DNA from: a virus
Virus record (IMG/VR): IMGVR_UViG_3300021373_000005
Strand: one strand, 5' to 3'
DNA: 64,000 bases
The notes beneath the pieces are model-generated. The model had not been told where the DNA came from, searched no databases, and was given only the letters and a program-made list of their open reading frames with translations. The translations under genes were made by a program, and so were the position numbers. Below are positions 19,773 through 30,481 of this stretch, one piece after another. Position 1 is the first letter of the stretch; each line of letters opens with the position of its first letter.

Positions 19773-21083
19773 ATGGCAATTAAAACAGGCACAACAACAG
19801 TAATAACAGATGCAAGAGAATTAACAAACATTACGAGTGCATCTGGTGTTTACGATTCATTTCATCCTTTAGCTGAAACTATAACCACTGTTGTAGATAT
19901 GGATAAACCTGTTATGACAGTTGCTTTATCTCAAAATACATCTTTTACAGCAAGTAACTTGGCAACAGGAAGAACATCAGTACTTCTTTTGGACACAGGA
20001 TCTGCTGGTTATACTCCAAGCTTTTCTTCAGCATTTAAATGGCCTAATGATACTGAACCTTCTTGGTCAGGAACAAGATATTGGCAAATTGGTCTTACTG
20101 CTTGGGATAATGCAACAATAAGAGTAATAGCAACTGGTTATGCAGGTGTTGGATCTTTATCTTCATTAGCAGGAACTACAACGACTGAAATAGTTCGTAG
20201 TCCTGATGATCTTGGTAGTAGTGATTTAACAGGACTTGCTACAGGCGGTCTTGCTTCTAATTATGCAACAAATTCTGTAACTTGTGATTGTCATGTAGAA
20301 TATAAAGTATATTTAAGTGGAACTAAAGCTATAACACTCACTGCATCAGATGAAGGCACAGATATGACTGGCAATCTTGCTGGCAATACTTTCGCATATT
20401 GCACCGCTTACCCGCCAGGTTGGACGAGCGGCTCAGCAAATCAGTGGGAGAATAATACTGACACAGTAACAAACGATTACTCAGCTGGAGTTACTGAATG
20501 GCATGAAAGTTGGGATAGTCCGGATGGTGAAGGAGTATATTTTGTAACTTATACAATTAAAAGAGGTGGAGCTACAATATACTCTAGTATTTTATACCCT
20601 GGCAATCCTTATGTTTCCTCAAGTGGATATTCATATCTTAGAGGTACTCTAGTATCGTCATCAGGAAGCATTCAAGGTAATGGAGCCGGTACTGCAACTT
20701 ATCGTTTAACATATACGCCGGCTCCGACAGTAATGTATAAATTTACTGCTACAAATAATGTAACGGGAATCAGAGCAGTTTGGAATTGCACTACCGCGAA
20801 CGATGCATCCGGAGAAGTAGTAGCTTTAAGAACTTTTGACGGTGGTGCGTTTGGTACAGGTACTACTGATTCTGGCTGGAAAACTACATCGGGTGATATG
20901 AGTACTGGCATTACGCTTACTATAAATCATCCAGGGCCAACTGCTTATGATGAGGAGACTCATGTATATCTGACAGTTGGTACATTAAGCATATATGGTA
21001 GGGATGCTAGTTCAACAGATACGTTACTTAAAGAAGTAAAAATACAAAACTATACATCAGCAGCAAGTACGGGGTCACCATAA
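19773..21083 (+). CDS. Putative virion appendage protein, MAIK paralog 2
   Basis: Same N-terminal module (LLLDT...YTPSFS...EPSWS..RYWQI); unrelated, longer C-terminus. Confidence 0.6.
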   Translation: MAIKTGTTTVITDARELTNITSASGVYDSFHPLAETITTVVDMDKPVMTVALSQNTSFTASNLATGRTSVLLLDTGSAGYTPSFSSAFKWPNDTEPSWSGTRYWQIGLTAWDNATIRVIATGYAGVGSLSSLAGTTTTEIVRSPDDLGSSDLTGLATGGLASNYATNSVTCDCHVEYKVYLSGTKAITLTASDEGTDMTGNLAGNTFAYCTAYPPGWTSGSANQWENNTDTVTNDYSAGVTEWHESWDSPDGEGVYFVTYTIKRGGATIYSSILYPGNPYVSSSGYSYLRGTLVSSSGSIQGNGAGTATYRLTYTPAPTVMYKFTATNNVTGIRAVWNCTTANDASGEVVALRTFDGGAFGTGTTDSGWKTTSGDMSTGITLTINHPGPTAYDEETHVYLTVGTLSIYGRDASSTDTLLKEVKIQNYTSAASTGSP

Positions 21084-21289
21084 TGGGAAAGGAAATACGA
21101 GGAACATATTCTCAACCACATAAAGATATCATTGACGGTGATACTATTGTTTATAATATCATTACTAAAGATTCTGAAGGGGAAACTGTATCGGTATGGG
21201 TTCCGAGAACATATTACGCAAATACAGAATTAGACGCTGCGGAGTTAACTGCCGCAAGAAATAGTATAGGAATAACAGATGGCGATTAA
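21083..21289 (+). CDS. Small hypothetical protein
   Basis: 68 aa; overlaps both neighbouring genes. Confidence 0.5.
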   Translation: MGKEIRGTYSQPHKDIIDGDTIVYNIITKDSEGETVSVWVPRTYYANTELDAAELTAARNSIGITDGD

Positions 21290-22106
21290 AGTAAATAATA
21301 CAGTAATGATTAGTGATGGTCAAGAATTAGCAAACGTTACTGGGTGTTCAGGATTGTATGGAAGTTTTCATGGCCAAGCTACAGTAACAACTAGTAACAT
21401 TAACTTTACAACTCCTCTTATGACATGTACAATGTCAGCAGCACAATCGTTTACAGAATCAGGTGGAGCGTCAGGTAGAACATGTACATTACTTTTAGAT
21501 ACATCATCAAACAAATATGCTCCAACATTTTCTTCAAACATAAATTGGGAAGGTGGGTCTGAACCAACTTGGAGCGGATATCAGCATTGGCAAATTACTT
21601 TTACATATGTTGCTTCTAATGATATTCGAGCATCTGCGGTAGGTTATACTGCATCTGCTCCAACAGAATCAGTTGGATTACATGGAACTTCAGGATCTCC
21701 TAATAGCACTGCAACAACATTTGGTTCAGCTACTGACCTTATATGTGGAATGAGATTTACAAGTGGCGGAGATGTTCAAAAATATACTACAGGTGTTGCG
21801 CAAGGTTCAAATACTGGTCTTTGGACTTATAGTACTTCACAATGGAATAACATTGTACCTTCGCAAACGTATTATATAAGAGCTACGAGTCATTCTGGAA
21901 CATCTTTAAATTCAACTTATAGTTCATCAATTAACACTTGGAACGCATTATCATCTAGTCATTATTTTAGATATTTTATTAGCGGCCCAAGTAATAATGT
22001 AGGCTCATTAACTGGAGTTATGAAAATAGAAATTGCATCCGACTCAATCGGTTCAAATATACTTGCTACTGGTTATTACGAATGGGATATGAACGGGACA
22101 GCATAA
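21279..22106 (+). CDS. Putative virion appendage protein, MAIK paralog 3
   Basis: Same N-terminal module; distinct C-terminal domain. Confidence 0.6.
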   Translation: MAIKVNNTVMISDGQELANVTGCSGLYGSFHGQATVTTSNINFTTPLMTCTMSAAQSFTESGGASGRTCTLLLDTSSNKYAPTFSSNINWEGGSEPTWSGYQHWQITFTYVASNDIRASAVGYTASAPTESVGLHGTSGSPNSTATTFGSATDLICGMRFTSGGDVQKYTTGVAQGSNTGLWTYSTSQWNNIVPSQTYYIRATSHSGTSLNSTYSSSINTWNALSSSHYFRYFISGPSNNVGSLTGVMKIEIASDSIGSNILATGYYEWDMNGTA

Positions 22107-22116
22107 GAGGATAAAA

Positions 22117-22884
22117 ATGGCATTACCACATACACTTAATGTAATCGCAGGCGGAAAAATAGCCGCAGGCACTGGCGGAGTTGGAGGAAATGAGTACCCA
22201 ACTTCTGGAGAAAATGTATACGACAGAGAAAATCCAAACGATACAGTTGAAGTTGTTATGTTTGCTCTTGGAACAGACGGTGATGCCGCGTCCGCTGATG
22301 CTGACTTGTATTTTGACTTTTTTTATGATACTCTCTTTGGAGGCTTTGTAGTAAGAACAACTGATAATAGTTCAGGTGCTAGCGGAACTAGTAACGCTAC
22401 AGAATCAGAAGAATTTGATTATTTTACAACAGGAGGTACTAGAACTGATATGTTAGGAGGTTCTCGTATTCATTACGCAAACGATTCGGCAGTATCAGGA
22501 GAATCTTATCCTGGCCCAGTTGACTCACTCAGATGGGTTCATTCAGTAACAGATGTTCAAGATATAGGTACCAACACTGAAACATTTACTTTAAGTAGGT
22601 ATCATTTTCAAGGTACAGGAGCTCCTGCGACTATAGGTAGTTATACAGAAGGTTCTTGGTTTAGTGTACATAATGTTGGTGGACAGTCAGGACTTGATGT
22701 TCCAACGGATGGTATAGGACTTAGAGCAAGAATTAGACATGAAGCATCAACATCTGGTAATGCTACTTCAAGATTACACAAAAGACACGTTTTTGAATGT
22801 TGGGCAAGATTATCAGGAAAGGACGACACAAAAGTATTTGAAGCAAAGATAGATATAGCCGCAAGATCTGACTCGACCTTCTAA
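22117..22884 (+). CDS. Hypothetical putative virion protein
   Basis: GAGG RBS; Gly/Ser/Thr/Asp-rich; lies between the paralog array and g13. Confidence 0.55.
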   Translation: MALPHTLNVIAGGKIAAGTGGVGGNEYPTSGENVYDRENPNDTVEVVMFALGTDGDAASADADLYFDFFYDTLFGGFVVRTTDNSSGASGTSNATESEEFDYFTTGGTRTDMLGGSRIHYANDSAVSGESYPGPVDSLRWVHSVTDVQDIGTNTETFTLSRYHFQGTGAPATIGSYTEGSWFSVHNVGGQSGLDVPTDGIGLRARIRHEASTSGNATSRLHKRHVFECWARLSGKDDTKVFEAKIDIAARSDSTF

Positions 22885-22913
22885 TAAATAATAAAAATAA
22901 AGAGTAAATTAAA

Positions 22914-23657
22914 ATGGCACAACCAACAACAAGACAAGAATTCAAGGACTGGGTACTTCGCAAGCTCGGAGCTCCTGTCATTGATATTAATGTGTCAGAT
23001 GAACAAGTTGATGATCGTATTGATGAAGCTGTAGATTATTGGAGAGATTATCATTATAATGGAAGTCAGCTTGTTTATATGAAACATCAAATTACTCAAG
23101 AGAATAAAGACAACGGTTATATAGATTTGCCTACAGGGATACTTGGTATTTCTGGAATCTTTAATATGCAGTCAAGTATTTCAACTGGTTCAGGTATCTT
23201 TAATGTTCAGTACCAATTTGTTTTAAACAATCTTGAAGACATCACTGGATATAATATCACAAACTATTATATGTCCATGTCTCATTTAGAGTTCTTACAA
23301 GAAATGCTTGTAGGTAAACCAATGATTCGTTATAATAAACATGTAAATAAATTATTCCTTGACACTGACCCAGGATTACTTGTAGTTGGAGAATATATTA
23401 TTATTGAAGCTTACGATGTAATTGACCCAGCTACATATTCCGATGTTTGGGGAGATCGTTGGTTACAAAATTATGCAACTGCATTAGTTAAAGAACAATG
23501 GGGTGCAAACCTAACTAAGTTTACAGGTATGCAACTTGTAGGCGGTGTAACATTCAATGGAGAACAAATACTTTCCGATGCAAGGGAAGAGAGGAGATTA
23601 ATGGAAGAAGAAGCAGTGAATAATTTACAACCTCTCAGTTACAATTATATTGGATAA
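22914..23657 (+). CDS. g13: Neck protein gp13
   Basis: LRKLGAPVIDINV...QVDDRIDEA and KEQWGANL.KF.GMQL.GGVT.NG motifs; T4 synteny. Confidence 0.9.
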   Translation: MAQPTTRQEFKDWVLRKLGAPVIDINVSDEQVDDRIDEAVDYWRDYHYNGSQLVYMKHQITQENKDNGYIDLPTGILGISGIFNMQSSISTGSGIFNVQYQFVLNNLEDITGYNITNYYMSMSHLEFLQEMLVGKPMIRYNKHVNKLFLDTDPGLLVVGEYIIIEAYDVIDPATYSDVWGDRWLQNYATALVKEQWGANLTKFTGMQLVGGVTFNGEQILSDAREERRLMEEEAVNNLQPLSYNYIG

Positions 23658-23660
23658 GTA

Positions 23661-24350
23661 ATGGCAACGAACGTATTTTTCAACAATTACTCTAGACTTT
23701 CAGAGCAAGAACTGATTGATGATTTAGTTATTGAATCTATCAGGCAGTATGGTGTTGATGTCATTTATATTAGCAGAGCATTTAAAGGTCGTGATGTAAT
23801 ATTTAATGAAGACGATTTTCCTGAATATAACGAAACTTTTGAGTTCGAGGTTTACGTTAAAAATAACGAAGGATTTGAAGGAGAAGGTGATTTCTTATCC
23901 AAGTTTGGTTTACAAATAAGAGACCAACTAACTCTTACAGTTGCTAATAGAACATTTGAAAGACATGTGACTCGAGAAGTTGTTGAATTGCTTCGTCCGA
24001 GAGAAGGCGATTTAATTTATTTTCCACTCAACGAAAAGATTTTTGAAATTAAGTTTGTTGAACATGAAAGTGTATTTTATCAAACAGGTAAGACACAAGT
24101 ATTTGATATGACATGTGAATTGATAGAATACAGCAATCAAAGGTTTAACACAGGACGAACAGAAATTGACAATTACTTTGCTGATTATAATACCGACATA
24201 ATTGTTGATGCAAATAATGCAACATTAACCGCACTTGCACAAACTGATGATAATGCAGGAAATCTAAACTTTGAATTAGAAGCTGATGGAATTATTGACT
24301 TCTCTGAAGTGGATCCTTTTAGCGAAAACATACAAATAAGTGACTCATAA
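23661..24350 (+). CDS. g14: Neck/head completion protein gp14
   Basis: LVIESIRQYGVDVIY, GFEGEGDFLSKFGL, RPREGDLIYFP, FEIKFVEHE..FYQ.GK. Confidence 0.9.
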   Translation: MATNVFFNNYSRLSEQELIDDLVIESIRQYGVDVIYISRAFKGRDVIFNEDDFPEYNETFEFEVYVKNNEGFEGEGDFLSKFGLQIRDQLTLTVANRTFERHVTREVVELLRPREGDLIYFPLNEKIFEIKFVEHESVFYQTGKTQVFDMTCELIEYSNQRFNTGRTEIDNYFADYNTDIIVDANNATLTALAQTDDNAGNLNFELEADGIIDFSEVDPFSENIQISDS

Positions 24351-25207
24351 TGGCAATAGCAAATTACTTTTACAATTCGACGATTCGTAAATATGTTGCC
24401 TTATTTGGTACATACTTTAATCAATTAGAAGTTCGTAGAACAAGCACTGATGGTAATTTAAATCAGAGACAGATTGTACCTATCTCTTATGGACCATATC
24501 AAAAGATTTTAGCAAGACTTGACCAAGATCCTGCTATATTAGGTGGTGCAAGTTTTGATGCAAACGGTAATCCAATCGCAGGACAACCTTATGCTATGAC
24601 ACTACCTCGTATGGCTTTTGAGTTAACAAGTTTTACATACGACACCGAAAGAAAAGTTGCACCGACAAGAAAATTAAGAAAGACTGCTGTTGACGAAGAC
24701 AACGGCAATAGAAGATTTGTATATTCTGGGACTCCATATAATATGGGATTCAGTTTATACATAATGGCAAAATATAACGAAGATGCTGTTAAAATATTAG
24801 AACAGATTTTACCGTTCTTTAATCCAGAATTTACAAGCACTGTGAATTTAATTGATGGATTAGAACCGATGGATATACCACTTATATTAAGTGATGTTAC
24901 ATCAGAAGATGTTTACGAAGCAGAATTTACGCAAAGAAGAAGTATACTATATACACTAAACTTTACAATGAAAGGTTGGTTCTTTGGTCCGGAAAGAGAT
25001 AAAGGAACAATCAGATTCGTTGATGTTCGTTATGCAACTGATATAACAGCGAATTCTCCATTTGAAGAATTCCAAACAGGACAACCTGGAATGTTGGCAA
25101 ATAATTCGCCGACTGATGACATTACACAAACCGTTGATTATAGCTTAATTGAATTTGACGACGACTGGGAATATATCGGAACGATATCTGATACAGAACC
25201 TAGTTAA
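24350..25207 (+). CDS. g15: Tail sheath stabiliser/terminator gp15
   Basis: YFYNSTIRKYVALFGTYFN, VPISYGP.QK, TLPRMAFE, EQILPFFNP, YTLNFTMKG. Confidence 0.9.
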   Translation: MAIANYFYNSTIRKYVALFGTYFNQLEVRRTSTDGNLNQRQIVPISYGPYQKILARLDQDPAILGGASFDANGNPIAGQPYAMTLPRMAFELTSFTYDTERKVAPTRKLRKTAVDEDNGNRRFVYSGTPYNMGFSLYIMAKYNEDAVKILEQILPFFNPEFTSTVNLIDGLEPMDIPLILSDVTSEDVYEAEFTQRRSILYTLNFTMKGWFFGPERDKGTIRFVDVRYATDITANSPFEEFQTGQPGMLANNSPTDDITQTVDYSLIEFDDDWEYIGTISDTEPS

Positions 25208-25221
25208 GAAGGAATAATATT

Positions 25222-25668
25222 ATGAAAATTGGATTTACTTGTAGTAGCTTTGACTTACTTCATGCAGGACATGTTCAGATGCTAAGAGATGCAAAAGAGC
25301 AATGTGATTATTTAATTGTAGGATTACAAATGAACCCTGCAGCCGACCGACCAAAAGAAAAGAACCCTCCTATTCAAAGTATCGTTGAAAGATATACTCA
25401 ATTAAAAGCAGTAAGCTATGTTGATGAAATCATTCCTTATTCAACCGAAAGAGATCTTGAAGATATATTAGAATTATATACAATTCATGTTCGTATCTTG
25501 GGTGAAGAATATAGAGATAAAGAATTTACAGGAAAAGATATTTGTCGTAAACGAGATGTTGAACTATTTTTCAATAAAAGAGATCATAGATTTAGTACAT
25601 CAGGATTAAGAAAGAATTGTGCTTGGACAAATAAGGACGGTGATTGGAAGATGACCGCCGAGGGATAA
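25222..25668 (+). CDS. Glycerol-3-phosphate cytidylyltransferase-like (TagD-like)
   Basis: FDLLHAGH, DYLIVGL, ER..QL.AV.YVDEIIPY, FSTSGLR. Confidence 0.85.
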   Translation: MKIGFTCSSFDLLHAGHVQMLRDAKEQCDYLIVGLQMNPAADRPKEKNPPIQSIVERYTQLKAVSYVDEIIPYSTERDLEDILELYTIHVRILGEEYRDKEFTGKDICRKRDVELFFNKRDHRFSTSGLRKNCAWTNKDGDWKMTAEG

Positions 25669-25676
25669 ATAATACT

Positions 25677-26216
25677 ATGAAAGATAAAGATGATAAAATA
25701 GCACAGGCATTGAATATGAGATCTTTACAAGAAGCTGAAGATGAAAAGCAAGAAGCCTTAGATAGATTAAATCCAGAGAAACTGCCTGACATTCCAACGA
25801 ATTCTTTTTCAACCAATGAAGAAGCTGAACTTGCAGAAAGTGTAGATTCTGTGAAGAATTTACCGCAAGAAAGTGTAGTTCAACCTCCTGCAGTTATAAG
25901 TAAAGAAGCAGAAGAAAATTTAAAAGACATTGAATTAGCAAAAGCAAACATTGAGAATATTATTAATCTTGGTGATGATTCTGTTAAAGAAATGGTTGAA
26001 ATCGCAAAGCAATCTGAATCTCCTCGAGCCTTTGAGGTTGTATCTACTTTAATGAAAACATTACTTGATGCAAACAAAGATTATGTTGAAATGTCAACAA
26101 AGAAAAGATACGCTAAGGAAGAAGAATCTCCATCTACTCAAGTTACGAATAATAATTTAATTGTCTCAACCGCAGATTTATTAAAAATGATAAAGGGTGA
26201 TAACGAGGATGGATAG
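25677..26216 (+). CDS. g16: Terminase small subunit gp16
   Basis: A..SESPRAFEV.STLMKT, TNNNLIVSTADLLK; directly upstream of g17. Confidence 0.85.
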   Translation: MKDKDDKIAQALNMRSLQEAEDEKQEALDRLNPEKLPDIPTNSFSTNEEAELAESVDSVKNLPQESVVQPPAVISKEAEENLKDIELAKANIENIINLGDDSVKEMVEIAKQSESPRAFEVVSTLMKTLLDANKDYVEMSTKKRYAKEEESPSTQVTNNNLIVSTADLLKMIKGDNEDG

Positions 26217-27822
26217 AGGATACCTCGGCAATTCATATCTTAAAAAGATTGGAGAACAAATAGAATTTACTCCTGAAATGCTTAAAGAGTATATGAAGTG
26301 TGCTGAAGATCCAGTTTACTTTGCTGAGAATTATATTAAAATTGTACATGTTGATAAAGGATTAATTCCAATGAATATGTATGATTACCAAAAAGATATT
26401 ACAAGAAAGATTACAGATTCAAGGCGTGTTGCTGTATTAACATCAAGACAAGCAGGAAAGACTACAACAGCAGTAGCAGTTATATTACACTACATCTTGT
26501 TTAATGAATTCAAGACTGTTGCCATATTGGCAAACAAAGGAGATGCGGCAAGAGAGGTATTAGGAAGGATACAGCTTGCTTATGAAGCATTACCTAAGTG
26601 GATGCAGCAAGGTATTGAAGAATGGAATAAAGGTAATATAACATTAGAGAATGGTTGTAAGATTTATGCAGGAACAACAACGAGTTCAGCAATTCGTGGT
26701 AAATCTATTTCATTCCTATATCTTGATGAGGTTGCGTTTATTGAAGGCTTTAATGAATTCTTTGCTTCTGTATATCCAACAATTTCATCAGGTCAAAGTA
26801 CAAAATTATTAATGACTTCAACACCTAATGGATTAAACCATTTTTGGAAAACTTGTAAAGGTGCCAGAGAAGGAACAAATGGATATGAGTTTGTTGAAGT
26901 AATGTGGTATGATGTTCCTGGGAGAGATGAAAATTGGAAAGATGAAACTCTCGAAGCTTTAGATTTTGACCAAGAAAAGTTTGAGCAGGAATATTGTTGT
27001 CAGTTCTTAGGTAGTTCAGGTACACTAATAAGTGGTGCCAAACTCAAAGAACTTGCTCCTTCTGTGCCAATACATGAGGCTGAAGGTATTACACAATATG
27101 AAGCAGTAATCCCAGAACGTTCATATGTTATGATAGTTGATGTATCGAGAGGTAAAGGTCTTGATTATTCGGCGTTCACTATACTTGACGCAACAGAAAT
27201 GCCATACAAGCAAGTATGTGTCTTTAAGGATAATACGATAAGTCCAGTAGACTTTGCTTCTGTTATATATAGAATAGGGCTGATGTACAATGAGAGTGCA
27301 GTTTTAATTGAAATTAATGATATCGGTGAACAAGTTGCAGATATACTCTTTATGGATTACGGCTATGAAAATCTTCTCTTTACTGAAAACCACGGGAGAG
27401 CCGGGAAGCAAGTATCAAATTTTGGAGGGAAGAGAGCAGATCATGGAATACGAACAACAAGAAGTGTAAAATCAAAAGGTTGTTCTATATTGAAACTATT
27501 AATTGAACAAAATCAGTTAATAATACAGGATTATAACACAATACAGGAGTTATCACGTTTTAGTAAAAAAGGTAATTCTTATGAAGCAGAGTCAGGTTTT
27601 AATGATGATCTCGTAATGACCTTAGTACTGTTTGCATGGTTATCTGACCAACGGTTCTTTAGAGAACTTACAGATATTAATACCTTAGCAGCGTTGAAAG
27701 AAAAAACAGAACAACAGCTTGATGAAGAATTATTACCTTTCGGATTTATAGATACAGGAGATCCTACGCCAGACGAGCAAGGATGGATTGAATATAGACC
27801 AGAAAGAACATTTGAGATATAA
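26209..27822 (+). CDS. g17: Terminase large subunit gp17
   Basis: Walker A SRQAGKTT, Walker B LYLDEVAF, STPNG.NHF, DVSRG.G.DYS, DDLVM. ATG 26209 follows GAGG. Confidence 0.97.
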   Translation: MDRGYLGNSYLKKIGEQIEFTPEMLKEYMKCAEDPVYFAENYIKIVHVDKGLIPMNMYDYQKDITRKITDSRRVAVLTSRQAGKTTTAVAVILHYILFNEFKTVAILANKGDAAREVLGRIQLAYEALPKWMQQGIEEWNKGNITLENGCKIYAGTTTSSAIRGKSISFLYLDEVAFIEGFNEFFASVYPTISSGQSTKLLMTSTPNGLNHFWKTCKGAREGTNGYEFVEVMWYDVPGRDENWKDETLEALDFDQEKFEQEYCCQFLGSSGTLISGAKLKELAPSVPIHEAEGITQYEAVIPERSYVMIVDVSRGKGLDYSAFTILDATEMPYKQVCVFKDNTISPVDFASVIYRIGLMYNESAVLIEINDIGEQVADILFMDYGYENLLFTENHGRAGKQVSNFGGKRADHGIRTTRSVKSKGCSILKLLIEQNQLIIQDYNTIQELSRFSKKGNSYEAESGFNDDLVMTLVLFAWLSDQRFFRELTDINTLAALKEKTEQQLDEELLPFGFIDTGDPTPDEQGWIEYRPERTFEI

Positions 27823-27833
27823 ATTTCAATTAT

Positions 27834-27841
27834 TATAAATA
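27834..27841 (+). promoter_or_regulatory. T4-type late promoter TATAAATA
   Basis: Exact consensus upstream of g18. Confidence 0.7.
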
Positions 27842-27903
27842 AAACTGTGATAACTATAAAATAGTAAATAGATTTAAAATAGATAATATTAAAGGAGAAT
27901 AAT

Positions 27904-29898
27904 ATGGCTTTTTCCGTAAGTCCTTCCGTAATTGTTCGAGAGGTGGACGCATCAGCATCGGTTCCTGCCATCGCAACACCACCTGCAGCAATGGCTGGTG
28001 TGTTTAGATGGGGTCCTGTAGGTGAAGCAATTCTTGTTTCTTCAGAGAATGAATTAGTACAACGTTTTGGTGAACCCAATGACGATAACTATGAAACATT
28101 CTTTGTAGCTGCAGACTATCTTTCATACGCAAACGCATTATGGGTTGCCCGTGCAGACAATGGAGCAGTTACTGCTTCCTCAAGTTCTGTTTCTTACCAT
28201 GCAAATGGTGACATTAACGTCACAACATCTGGTTCATTTGATGCATTATATCCAGGATCCTTGGGTAATTCATTAGAAGTTGCATATGTTAAAGATACAA
28301 ACTTTTCAACAGATATAATTGCTGCAGCAGAAATTCCAACTACACGAATCACAGGTGCAAACTCTGAGGTTATAGCAACCGCGCAAACAATTACATTTAA
28401 CAGTAACACAATTTCATTTGAGGTAATTCCATCAAACGCAATTGATTTAGCAAATACTGAACCGGTTGTAGCAGGTGATATACTTGTTATTGGTAACGAT
28501 TCAGTTGGCTATCAAGAAATTGTCCTTGACAGTATTACTGAAACTACAAGAGCTGCCGATGGTCAAGAAACTGCAAACACTGCATTAATTACTTCGCATG
28601 CTTATGACATAACTTTAGCAAGTCCTTACAGATTAACTGAAACATCTTTAAATAAGTTAAAAATCAGTAGAAAGTGGGCATACTCAAAATCATTTATAAC
28701 TGCTCCAAGTACAGGTAATTATCATATCGCAGTTATTGACGAAGATGGTTTAATTAGTGGAGATGCTGGAACATTATTAGAAATATATTCTGATGTATCA
28801 ACATCCTCAACTGCAAAACTTCCTGATGGTCGTACCAACTACTATAAAGAAGTTATTGAACAACAATCAGCTTGGGTTAAAGTTGCTAATACAACTCATT
28901 TTGAAGCTCAAACAGCGCAATATGAATCATTAGGTGTTAACGTAGGCGGTCTAACCGGCGACTTAGCTGATAACAGCGCAAACGTTGGTACAGATGGTAG
29001 AACAGAATCTACAGCAACACTTGCTGACTTAGCATCTGCTTATGATTTATTCAAATCTTCAAACGAAATTGATATATCATTCGTATTAGGTGGTAAATCA
29101 GACGATGCAGGTAATCTTGCTACATACTTGATTTCAAATATTGCTGATTACAGAAAAGATGCAGTTGCATTTGTTTCCCCTTCTAAAGCAGACGTTGTTG
29201 ATGAATCAAAATCAGAAACTAAATTAGCAAACATTATTGCATTTAAGAACAGCCTCCCAGCTTCTTCTTACTATGTAATGGATTCTGGTTACAAGTATAG
29301 ATACGATAGATATAACGATGTATATAGATATACTCCACTTAACGGTGATATCGCAGGTCTTTCTTCAAGAGTTGAACCTTTTGAATCTCCTGCCGGTTTC
29401 CGTAAGGGTGTAATCAAGAATGTTGTTAAGCTTGCTTTCAATCCTAACAAAGCTCAAAGAGACCAATTGTATAGTTCAAATATTAATCCAGTTATGGCTC
29501 AGGTAGGACGAGGAATTGTTCTATTCGGTGATAAAACAGGATTAGGTGCTAACTCTGCATTTGATAGTATTAATGTTAGAAGATTGTTTATAGCGGTTGA
29601 AAAGGCAATTGCCAATGCAGCCGAAGGATTCTTATTTGAATTGAACGATGAGTTTACTCAATCACAATTCAAAGGAATCGTTGAACCATTCTTAAGAGAC
29701 ATTCAAGGTAAAAGAGGAATTGTTGATTTTAGAGTAGTTTCTGACACAACTGTTAATACACCTTCGGTTATTGACCAAGGTAAGTTCAGAGCTAATATCT
29801 TTATTAAACCTGCACGTTCAATTAATGTTATCGAATTAACTTTCGTGGCAACAAGAAGCGGTGTAGAGTTTGATGAAATCGTTGGGTCACTAACATAA
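27904..29898 (+). CDS. g18: Tail sheath protein gp18
   Basis: SPSVIVREVD, GVFRWGP, PAGFRKG, FGDKT, FDSINVRRLF, FIKPARSINVIELTFVATRSGVEF. Confidence 0.97.
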   Translation: MAFSVSPSVIVREVDASASVPAIATPPAAMAGVFRWGPVGEAILVSSENELVQRFGEPNDDNYETFFVAADYLSYANALWVARADNGAVTASSSSVSYHANGDINVTTSGSFDALYPGSLGNSLEVAYVKDTNFSTDIIAAAEIPTTRITGANSEVIATAQTITFNSNTISFEVIPSNAIDLANTEPVVAGDILVIGNDSVGYQEIVLDSITETTRAADGQETANTALITSHAYDITLASPYRLTETSLNKLKISRKWAYSKSFITAPSTGNYHIAVIDEDGLISGDAGTLLEIYSDVSTSSTAKLPDGRTNYYKEVIEQQSAWVKVANTTHFEAQTAQYESLGVNVGGLTGDLADNSANVGTDGRTESTATLADLASAYDLFKSSNEIDISFVLGGKSDDAGNLATYLISNIADYRKDAVAFVSPSKADVVDESKSETKLANIIAFKNSLPASSYYVMDSGYKYRYDRYNDVYRYTPLNGDIAGLSSRVEPFESPAGFRKGVIKNVVKLAFNPNKAQRDQLYSSNINPVMAQVGRGIVLFGDKTGLGANSAFDSINVRRLFIAVEKAIANAAEGFLFELNDEFTQSQFKGIVEPFLRDIQGKRGIVDFRVVSDTTVNTPSVIDQGKFRANIFIKPARSINVIELTFVATRSGVEFDEIVGSLT

Positions 29899-29928
29899 TA
29901 AATAATTATTAAATAAAGGAGAATAAGA

Positions 29929-30462
29929 ATGGCGTTTAATATTAATGAGTTCAAATCCCAGTTAACTGGCGGTGGTGCTCGAGCTAATCTTTTCCAAGTG
30001 CAAATTCTAAACCCTGTTGACCCGGTGGCTGATTTCAAAATTCCATTCATGGTTAAAGGTGCAAACATTCCTGCTTCCGATATCGCTTCTTACAAAGTGA
30101 ATTATTTCGGAAGACAGGTTGCATATGCAGGTGATAGAACATTCGCTACTTGGGAAGTGACAGTTATTAATGATGAGGATTATCAAATTCGCAATTCTAT
30201 GGAAGCGTGGATGAATTCTATTAATTCACACCAAGGAAATATTTCTGGTTTACCCCAGGATTATAAAACTGATGCATTAATTACGCATTTCAGTAAAAAT
30301 GGAGATCCTCTTAGAACATATAAATTTGAGGGATTATTCCCAACAACCGTTAGCTCAATGGCAATGGGATGGGATACCGCAGCAGGTATTCAGGAATTTA
30401 CAGTAAGCTTCGACTACGACTTATGGACAGTCGAAGGAAATACTGGTATTCCAACTACATAA
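29929..30462 (+). CDS. g19: Tail tube protein gp19
   Basis: GGGARANLF, YFGRQV.YAGDRTF..W.VTVINDED, FTVSFDYD.W. Confidence 0.95.
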   Translation: MAFNINEFKSQLTGGGARANLFQVQILNPVDPVADFKIPFMVKGANIPASDIASYKVNYFGRQVAYAGDRTFATWEVTVINDEDYQIRNSMEAWMNSINSHQGNISGLPQDYKTDALITHFSKNGDPLRTYKFEGLFPTTVSSMAMGWDTAAGIQEFTVSFDYDLWTVEGNTGIPTT

Positions 30463-30481
30463 TTAAATAATAGGTGATATT

